From an uncultured Clostridia bacterium (lineage in GTDB: Bacteria; Bacillota; Clostridia; Christensenellales; UBA1242), in the NCBI GenBank assembly GCA_944377485.1, contig CALWFB010000005.1:12236-76235 (forward strand): a stretch of 64,000 bases of DNA, in the 5' to 3' direction. This document shows positions 31,054-40,096 of this stretch, one piece after another. Numbering within the stretch: position 1 is the first letter of the stretch; every line of letters begins with the position of its first letter. The position numbers and the translations under genes were made by a program. The notes under the pieces were generated by a model. The model was given only the letters and a program-made list of their open reading frames with translations. It searched no databases and had not been told where the DNA came from.

Positions 31054-31278
31054 TTAATTATCTGAAATTCCTAAAATGTAATTGGCATCAGCACCTATAA
31101 CTTCACAAATGCGAGCCAATGTTTCTAATGATGGTAGTTTATTTGTTGTCCTATATTGACTAAGCAATGCAACATTTATTTCAACTGCTTTTGCAATATC
31201 CGTATATTTCATGCCACAATTCTCTAATTCTTCTTTTAATCTTGTTTTGATTAAATCTCTTCTTATCTTATTTTTCAT
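31054..31278 (-). CDS. small XRE-family HTH regulator (copy 1)
   Basis: 74 aa with a Cro/C1-type HTH (MKYTDIAKAVEINVALLSQYRTTNKLPSLETLARICEVIGADANYILG). The homologous part begins at Met17 of the track ORF. Confidence 0.85.
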   Translation of the reverse strand: MKNKIRRDLIKTRLKEELENCGMKYTDIAKAVEINVALLSQYRTTNKLPSLETLARICEVIGADANYILGISDN

Positions 31279-31346
31279 ATAAATATTATTGCCAAACGGG
31301 CAAAATATTACTTGACTTTTGCCCAACGGGAAAGTAAAATAATATT
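31279..31346. promoter_or_regulatory. 68-nt divergent control region with two palindromic operators and back-to-back promoters (module 1)
   Basis: O1 is TTGCC-AAACG-GGCAA (31289-31303) and O2 is TTGCC-CAACG-GGAAA (31319-33). For the + gene: TTGACT (31312-17), a 17-nt spacer, TAAAAT (31335-40), with the ATG 6 nt later. For the - gene: AATAAT (rc of 31285-90) lies 6 nt before its ATG. Confidence 0.65.
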
Positions 31347-31643
31347 ATGGATTGTAAAAATAAATTTTGTGTATATAATAGAAAATTAAAATGTATAAAA
31401 GATGAAATTTCAGTGAATAAGTATGGGCAATGCGCATACATTTTCTTACCAAAAGTTAAAACTTATTTTTCCGATGAAGAAAAACAGGACCATATTGATT
31501 GTTATAAAAATATATTATCCGATTTAAGTTTGGATTGGTATCTATACACTGAAAAATTAAAAATAGAAAATACTGAAATAAAATTAACAGATGAGGACAA
31601 TTTCAAAGATATTATCAATCGTTATTTTAACCGTCATCAATAA
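31347..31643 (+). CDS. small four-Cys protein, N-terminal DUF1540-like Cys motif (copy 1)
   Basis: MDCKNKFCVYNRKLKCIKDEISVNKYGQCAYIF shows the pattern C-x4-C-x-Y-N-x4-C-x3-E-I-S-V...C. It is divergent from XRE copy 1. Confidence 0.6.
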   Translation: MDCKNKFCVYNRKLKCIKDEISVNKYGQCAYIFLPKVKTYFSDEEKQDHIDCYKNILSDLSLDWYLYTEKLKIENTEIKLTDEDNFKDIINRYFNRHQ

Positions 31644-31854
31644 TTCCCAATATATAATTAGCATCTGCCCCAATAACTTCACAAATTGTAGAAAAATTTT
31701 CTATTGAGGGTAATTTTTTTCCACTTTTATATTGACTAAGTAATGCCACATTAATTCCAACAGCCTTAGCAATATCAATATATTTCAAACCACAATTTTC
31801 TAGTTCTTCTTTCAATCTTTTTTGTATTATTTCTCTTCTTAACTGTTTATTCAT
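31627..31854 (-). CDS. small XRE-family HTH regulator (copy 2, paralog of 31054-31278)
   Basis: 75 aa, roughly 70% identical by eye to copy 1 (LKYIDIAKAVGINVALLSQYKSGKKLPSIENFSTICEVIGADANYILG). Its 3' end overlaps the preceding + gene by 17 nt. Confidence 0.85.
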   Translation of the reverse strand: MNKQLRREIIQKRLKEELENCGLKYIDIAKAVGINVALLSQYKSGKKLPSIENFSTICEVIGADANYILGIIDDG

Positions 31855-31923
31855 ATGTATATTATTTACCAATGGGCAAAAAAATACTTGACGTTTACCA
31901 TTGGTAAACAATATAATATACAT
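31855..31923. promoter_or_regulatory. divergent control region with two palindromic operators (module 2)
   Basis: The operators are TTACC-AATG-GGCAA (31866-79) and the perfect palindrome TTTACCA-T-TGGTAAA (31894-908). For the + gene: TTGACG (31888-93), an 18-nt spacer, TATAAT (31912-17), with the ATG 6 nt later. For the - gene: AATAAT (rc of 31861-66) lies 6 nt before its ATG. Confidence 0.65.
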
Positions 31924-32208
31924 ATGAAATGTAAAAATTTATTTTGTGTATTTAGTAGAAGAAATGGTGAATGCATAAAGAAGTATATCTCCTTTGATGA
32001 AACAGGAATGTGTGAGCATATTTTTTATCCAGAAAGATTAAAAGGAATGCAAGACAGTTTAAAAGAATGTTATACAAAGGTTCCAAAAGGAATGGAAGGA
32101 CACCATTATAGACGTGAGATAATGTTGTATCTTCTAAACCAAGAACTCCGAGGAATCAAAAATTCAAGCAATCCAAAACAAGAAAAAGAAAATAAATCTC
32201 AACATTAA
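31924..32208 (+). CDS. small four-Cys protein, N-terminal DUF1540-like Cys motif (copy 2)
   Basis: MKCKNLFCVFSRRNGECIKKYISFDETGMCEHIF shares the Cys pattern with copy 1, while the C-terminal halves are unrelated. The homologous region starts at Met24 of the track ORF. Confidence 0.6.
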   Translation: MKCKNLFCVFSRRNGECIKKYISFDETGMCEHIFYPERLKGMQDSLKECYTKVPKGMEGHHYRREIMLYLLNQELRGIKNSSNPKQEKENKSQH

Positions 32209-32243
32209 TGAGATTCTAATTAATACATTTTCATATATAATGT

Positions 32244-32279
32244 CGCAAAAGCACTACGAACCTACTTTTGCGTTTTTTT
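32244..32279 (+). terminator. rho-independent terminator after the second Cys-rich gene
   Basis: cgcaaaag-loop-cttttgcg followed by ttttttt. Confidence 0.7.
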
Positions 32280-32308
32280 GTAAAAAAATTTTCAAAATTC
32301 TAATAAAA

Positions 32309-32662
32309 ACCTATTAATATAGGAAAAAGAGTAATGAGAGAAAACCTTTGGTAGTCGTCGAACATACAAAAAAAGAACCTATATCAAACATAAAAATATA
32401 AAATAATTAATTTATATAGTTATCATATCAATATTAACCATTAAAGAAAAATATTTAAAATAAATACCTATTGTTGGAAAGGAAGTAATGAAGGAAAACC
32501 TTTGCAAGGTGTTCCTTCATAGATGACGGGCAATCGCCCATAAATGAAAAAATCTCACTTTATAGTGATATTTTGATTAAAACGATAAAAAGTTTATCCT
32601 ATTTCAAAGGGGGAGTAATGAGGGGGAAAGACAGTTTTCCCCCTCATATAGTGTCGCAATAG
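32309..32662 (+). repeat. three dispersed copies of a CCTATT...GGAAAGGAGTAATGAGGGAAA repeat, each with an SD-like run, an ATG and (copies 2 and 3) a hairpin that pairs the ATG
   Basis: The ATGs are at 32334, 32488 and 32618, spaced 154 and 130 nt apart. Hairpins are atgaaggaa/ttccttcat (32488-32520) and atgagggggaaa/tttccccctcat (32618-32646). Confidence 0.6.
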
Positions 32663-32728
32663 CACGCTAATGCTATTTTTGCGATTTTACAAAAAAAATC
32701 GCAACTAGCACAAGGGCTAATTGCGACG

Positions 32729-32767
32729 CAGGTTGATGGCAACTATCTATTTTCTCGGGTCGTCTCC
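32729..32767 (-). pseudogene. orphan duplicate of the 3'-terminal 39 nt of the 5S rRNA locus
   Basis: The 39-nt string caggttgatggcaactatctattttctcgggtcgtctcc is identical to 32931-32969, the 3' part of the intact 5S gene. Confidence 0.85.
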
Positions 32768-32930
32768 GCGTCACGACTCTCGTATTTACTTAATTGCTCG
32801 CATCAACTCGCAATTTTCGTCTATCTCTCGGTCGTTCCTTTCCCCCACAAAACTTAATTTTGTAGGGACCCCTTTAGATTTGGTTGTTCGACGAAAATAT
32901 AAAAAAAGAACTCGTATCAAACGAGTTCAT
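32768..32930. other. 163-nt element between the 5S fragment and the intact 5S gene; homologous to 56794-56954
   Basis: Shares co-linear blocks with the tRNA-Leu-locus element: CGTC, ATTG(C/T)TCGC, CTCGCAATT, GTAGGGACCC and GACGAAA. Its right end contains the 5S terminator. Confidence 0.6.
32900..32928 (-). terminator. rho-independent terminator of the 23S-5S unit
   Basis: gaactcg-tatcaaa-cgagttc with a T-run on the minus strand, immediately 3' of the 5S gene. Confidence 0.7.
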
Positions 32931-32933
32931 CAG

Positions 32934-33053
32934 GTTGATGGCAACTATCTATTTTCTCGGGTCGTCTCCAACCAAATATCTTCGACGTGTAAGAGCTTAA
33001 CTTTTGTGTTCGGAATGGGAACAAGTGGAACCTCTTAGCTATTATCACCATCA
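32934..33053 (-). rRNA. rrf: 5S ribosomal RNA
   Basis: The reverse complement reads tgatggtgataatagctaagaggttccacttgttcccattccgaacacaaaagttaagctctt...gttgccatca. The conserved CCGAACAC/GTTAAGC core and a terminal helix are present. Ends are accurate to about 5 nt. Confidence 0.88.
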
Positions 33054-33280
33054 TGGTACATTGAACATCAATTTTCATTGATTTAGAACAATGACAGCTG
33101 CATACTTCGGACATTTGACTTTTTGGCAAATTGCTATGCAATTATAGCCTTTTTAGTCAATGTCCTTCATTACTTCTTTTCCTTTTATCATAATATGATT
33201 ATTAAATAATGAAATAAGAAGACAACGAAGTAAATATAAATACCGTAATTTAGTCAAAAATCATTTCTCAAAAGGAAGGT

Positions 33281-36207
<2,927 letters not shown>

Positions 36208-36417
36208 GTCTTTTTGTTCCTTTGATTAATGTTCTTTGGCAAAATTACAAATGAAATTGAAAAATAATATTGATGCTATTACTTTTCTCGTATTTGTATT
36301 TACTAAAATATGCAGTTGTCATTGTTCTTAAGTTCTACATAAGGAAGTGACAAAAGTCACTATTATATAGGTATTCAAGCAAGTAGCCAAGTGCTCCCTT
36401 ACGTTGAATGCAATATT

Positions 36418-36446
36418 AAGATACCACACATCAAAAGTTTTGTCAA
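36418..36446 (-). promoter_or_regulatory. sigma-A-type promoter directly upstream of the 23S rRNA
   Basis: On the gene strand: TTGACA (36446-41), a 17-nt spacer, TATCTT (36423-18), about 200 nt upstream of the 23S 5' end. Confidence 0.6.
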
Positions 36447-36844
36447 CGGTTTTTTAAAACTTTTTTTAAAAATTTTAGAATTTTTTTTATAAATTTTCTT
36501 TTTTTCGTCAAAACTTCTATAAAATAGACAATTTTCGAGCAAAAAAGATTCATAAAAGTACCTAAATTATCCAACTTATGTGAAAAATTTGTAAAAATTT
36601 TTCTATCTGCCGATTAAAAACTTTGTTTTTTTATTAAGTTTCATTATATTTTGTCATCACGTCTATTCTTCAATCAATATACAATATTGAAAATTTTTTT
36701 ATAAATTTCACTTTCTAGAATGTTATAAATGCAATTTTATTAACTATAATCTTTAATTTACTATTTATATATGTAATTATATAAATTTCTTTATCTATAT
36801 TATATATAATATATACCTTTATATACCTTATTATATATTTAAGT

Positions 36845-36877
36845 TAAAAAAGAGATAAGCCCTATGGGCTTATCTCT
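36845..36877 (-). terminator. rho-independent terminator overlapping the stop codon of the 234-aa gene
   Basis: 12-bp stem agagataagccc / gggcttatctct. The last four codons form one arm, with a T-run on the minus strand. Confidence 0.75.
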
Positions 36878-37566
36878 TTTAGGCTGGTGTATTCCAAGCG
36901 TAGTGTTATGTTGTCTTCTGTTTCGTAGCGTAGTTCTATTGTGTCTTCATTATCTATTAGGGTATATTCCTTCTCTCCTATGCGGATTATGTACCCATTC
37001 TCTGTACTTTCTAGCTCACCTTCTCCGCTTATCTCATATACCCCGTCTCTTATCGTTAGTTCTATCTTTACTATACCCGTCTCCGTTAATACTATCTTAG
37101 TTAATTCTCTATCTGTATTTCCTTTACTGAACCTTAGTGTTGCATTCTCACCATAACCTTGTCCTCCCATCTCTATTCCATTGATTGGGTTCTCTTCTCG
37201 GCTTGGGGTACCACTCTCTTGCTCGCTTAGGTCTCGGTAGATATATTCCTCTACTACTACGTTGTATCTATTCGCTTCTACTCGTACCTCTATTACCTTA
37301 TCGCTATCTAGTTTTATGCTCTCCTCTATCCTTTCGCCTGTCACTGTGTTTTGACTACTACCTTGAATTGACCATGCACATGTTAAATCAACAGTTTTTC
37401 TATCGCCATTGTAGTCTGTATAAGAAAGCTTCAAAGTGTATGAATTGGCAGCATAAGCATTCTCTTGTTTATTAAAATTGACTGCAAGAATACTAGATAA
37501 TGTAATCGTCATTAACATTATCAACAGAATTATTACAATCTTCTTCCCTTGTTTATATTTGAACAT
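36862..37566 (-). CDS. hypothetical secreted or membrane-anchored acidic protein, compositionally chimeric
   Basis: N-terminal signal/anchor (KKIVIILLIMLMTITLSSILAVNF...AYA) followed by a Glu-rich region with a beta-strand-like pattern. Codon usage changes sharply near 37335. Confidence 0.65.
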   Translation of the reverse strand: MFKYKQGKKIVIILLIMLMTITLSSILAVNFNKQENAYAANSYTLKLSYTDYNGDRKTVDLTCAWSIQGSSQNTVTGERIEESIKLDSDKVIEVRVEANRYNVVVEEYIYRDLSEQESGTPSREENPINGIEMGGQGYGENATLRFSKGNTDRELTKIVLTETGIVKIELTIRDGVYEISGEGELESTENGYIIRIGEKEYTLIDNEDTIELRYETEDNITLRLEYTSLKEISP

Positions 37567-37747
37567 TTGTTTCCTTTTTATATCATTATTTTACATAATT
37601 TTGTATATTTTTACAACTAAATTTTTACAACTAAATTTTTAAATAAATATATAATTAATATATAATTTAAGTAAAAAATAAAAGTTATAAAATCAAAAAA
37701 AACAGAATGTAAACGCATTCTGTTTTAATTATTTATTTAAGTAAAAA

Positions 37748-39013
37748 TTAATTTAATTCTTTTAATCCACTCCAACTTGCCATGTTATTATCAAACAATA
37801 TTATTCTACAATTATTTTGATTATTTTCAATTTCCTCAATTTCAAAAAGCGAATTCACGTAGATTGCTTCCGCACTAGAATTATCTTTTAATGACAAAAT
37901 TGTATTTGCCAAAATGTCCAAGTCATTCACTTTGTCTGATAAATCATAGAATATTTTACCAAATAAACCTAAGAATACTTTATACATTGACAATTTTTTA
38001 TTATAAGATTTGATATCTCTAAATGCATAGTAAGCTAAACGAACAAATGTCTCAATGTCTTCATTAGTATAAGATTTTAATACTAGACCAAAGCGCTCTT
38101 TGTCTTTTATCGTATCTAAGAATAATTTTTCTTCAAATATTCCTTTGCAGGTATAAGCAATACATTCTTCTGGAACTCGATTTTTCGCCATAAGGAAGAA
38201 ATCCCAAAAGAAAAAGTCAAAACTTCTAACATATTGCATGTCTGTTTTTAATTCTGGATAAAATTTTTCAATAGATTTTACTCTATATTCGTGATTTTTC
38301 ATTCCCATATGCCAAATTGTGGATTTCTTTTCCCAGAATTTATCTGCTGAATAGATAGAATTTACTGCACTAGCCTTTTCATTTGGATTGTATGGAGCGC
38401 AGTAGTAATTGTGATAAACTTCATTTATTACTGCCACTTTTTTAATGTTATGCAAATTATCTAAATTAAATAATTCATCTTCATTAAAATGAATCCCAAC
38501 AGCAAAATCTTCTGTATAACACTCTCTCTTCGCTATTTTATTCCATGGCATACCATATACAAAGAAATCTTGGAAATATGTTAACAACTGAGATTTGTCT
38601 GTTAAATCATAAATTCCAGAGCCTAAATATTCCTCAAAACATGGATGAGTGAAATTACACACACACATATCCGCATCTGTCTCTTGTAATTTTTGCATCA
38701 TATTGCTTATTGCAAAAGGCGTAGTGTAATTGTCGTCTGCATCTAAAAACATTATATATTTACCTAGTGCATTTCTAAGCCCATTATTACGTGCGACAGA
38801 TACTCCACTATTCTCTTGTGTAATCAATCTAATACGTGAATCAATTGTTGCGTATTTAGTTGCAACTTCAAGTGTATTATCCTTGCTTCCGTCATTGACG
38901 ATTATTATCTCTAAATTTTTATAACTTTGTTCTCTAACGCTGTTTAATGTCCTTGGTAATGTTTTTGCAGCATTATAACAAGGAATTATTAGTGATATTA
39001 ATTCTTCTTTCAT
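37748..39013 (-). CDS. family 2 glycosyltransferase
   Basis: LISLIIPCYNAAKTL...EIIIVNDGSKDNT and the FLDADD (DxD) motif, with a C-terminal extension of about 200 aa. Confidence 0.85.
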   Translation of the reverse strand: MKEELISLIIPCYNAAKTLPRTLNSVREQSYKNLEIIIVNDGSKDNTLEVATKYATIDSRIRLITQENSGVSVARNNGLRNALGKYIMFLDADDNYTTPFAISNMMQKLQETDADMCVCNFTHPCFEEYLGSGIYDLTDKSQLLTYFQDFFVYGMPWNKIAKRECYTEDFAVGIHFNEDELFNLDNLHNIKKVAVINEVYHNYYCAPYNPNEKASAVNSIYSADKFWEKKSTIWHMGMKNHEYRVKSIEKFYPELKTDMQYVRSFDFFFWDFFLMAKNRVPEECIAYTCKGIFEEKLFLDTIKDKERFGLVLKSYTNEDIETFVRLAYYAFRDIKSYNKKLSMYKVFLGLFGKIFYDLSDKVNDLDILANTILSLKDNSSAEAIYVNSLFEIEEIENNQNNCRIILFDNNMASWSGLKELN

Positions 39014-39307
39014 TTTTTATATTTACCCCGCTTATTTTTATTTTTTATAAGATAGATACCATACGGCATTGCTATCTTTGTTGCTATATTATCACCAAAA
39101 ATAAAAAAATATCAATAGAATTGCAAAGATTTTACTATAATGTTCAATTCCTTAAAATTAGACCTCACTCTACTGAGAGTAGAGAAGAAAATTTGATATC
39201 TATTTTGATGAGATTGACAAAAATGATTGCATTTTTTATATTAAAATGTTAATATACTAATATATAAATAGAAAATTTGCTCTATTTTAATCTAAAAAGA
39301 GGTTATT

Positions 39308-40078
39308 ATGGATGATATAAATAAAATTATTGGCAAAAATTTATTAATTCTAAGAAAAAATGCAAAACTTACTCAAATGGAACTTGCCGAACGATTTAAT
39401 TATTCTGACAAGACAATTTCTAAATGGGAATCTGGAGAATCTTTGCCAAATATTGAAATTTTGTATGAGTTGGCAAAATTTTATAATACTACATTAGATG
39501 CTTTAACTGTTGAAAATGATATAATTGCCACTACTGAAAATAACAAACAAAAAGATAAGATGTTTCCTACCAAACTGATTATCACCCTGCTTGCTGTCAG
39601 TGCCGTTTGGTTGCTCGCCACAGTACTATTTGTCACATTTAAGATAGTTTATTCTCACAATTATCCTCTACTTTTCTTATGGGCTGTGCCGATTTCATGT
39701 ATAGTTCTAATCATATTTAATAGTATTTGGGGGAAATATTATTATTTATTTGCAATTCTATCGGTGCTTATTTGGAGCACTTTGGCATGTATTCATCTAC
39801 AACTAATTCAATATAATATTTGGATAATATATATTTTAGGCATTCCTCTTCAAGTTGCAATTATTCTTTGGGCTGCATTGATTAAGAAGCCAAGAAGTAG
39901 CAAGAAAAGGAAGAAAAAACAAGATACTTTAAATAAAGAAGAAATTAAAAAATCAAAAAAAGATAAAAAGCATATTGAGAAAAATAATGAGACTATAAAC
40001 GGCAATATTTCAAATTTACAATTCGAAACTAAACCAGATAATTTCAACAATAGCACAAATGAAAAAACGGACATGTAG
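39308..40078 (+). CDS. membrane-anchored XRE-family HTH protein with Lys-rich tail
   Basis: N-terminal Cro/C1 HTH (LRKNAKLTQMELAERFNYSDKTISKWESGESLPNIEILYELAKFYNTTLDAL), four predicted TM helices and a KKRKKKQ-rich C-terminus. Confidence 0.8.
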   Translation: MDDINKIIGKNLLILRKNAKLTQMELAERFNYSDKTISKWESGESLPNIEILYELAKFYNTTLDALTVENDIIATTENNKQKDKMFPTKLIITLLAVSAVWLLATVLFVTFKIVYSHNYPLLFLWAVPISCIVLIIFNSIWGKYYYLFAILSVLIWSTLACIHLQLIQYNIWIIYILGIPLQVAIILWAALIKKPRSSKKRKKKQDTLNKEEIKKSKKDKKHIEKNNETINGNISNLQFETKPDNFNNSTNEKTDM

Positions 40079-40096
40079 TCCGTTTTTTCTATTTTT

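Noticed and set aside
32309-32662. Considered whether the three repeats form a CRISPR array.
   Set aside because: Unit spacing (130-154 nt) and imperfect repeat identity do not fit CRISPR, and no cas genes are present.
30600-33280. Considered calling the region a prophage or integrative island.
   Set aside because: No integrase, excisionase, replication, structural or lysis genes are present. Only the Cro/C1-like modules and att-like scars are seen, so at most it is a heavily reduced remnant.
36225-36240. A boxA-like TGTTCTTTGG near the 23S leader.
   Set aside because: It is on the plus strand, antisense to the rRNA transcript, so it cannot act as an rRNA antitermination boxA.
36864-37475. 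Three plus-strand ORFs (71-96 aa) antisense to the 234-aa gene.
   Set aside because: They are Leu/Ser/Pro-rich translations of a pyrimidine-rich antisense strand. They follow directly from the purine-rich coding strand, which is poor in stop-complement triplets, and they have no starts with an SD.
38947-39252. 101-aa plus-strand ORF between the GT2 gene and the membrane XRE gene.
   Set aside because: It starts inside the antisense of the GT2 gene, has low-complexity hydrophobic content and no SD. The region looks like promoter or leader sequence.
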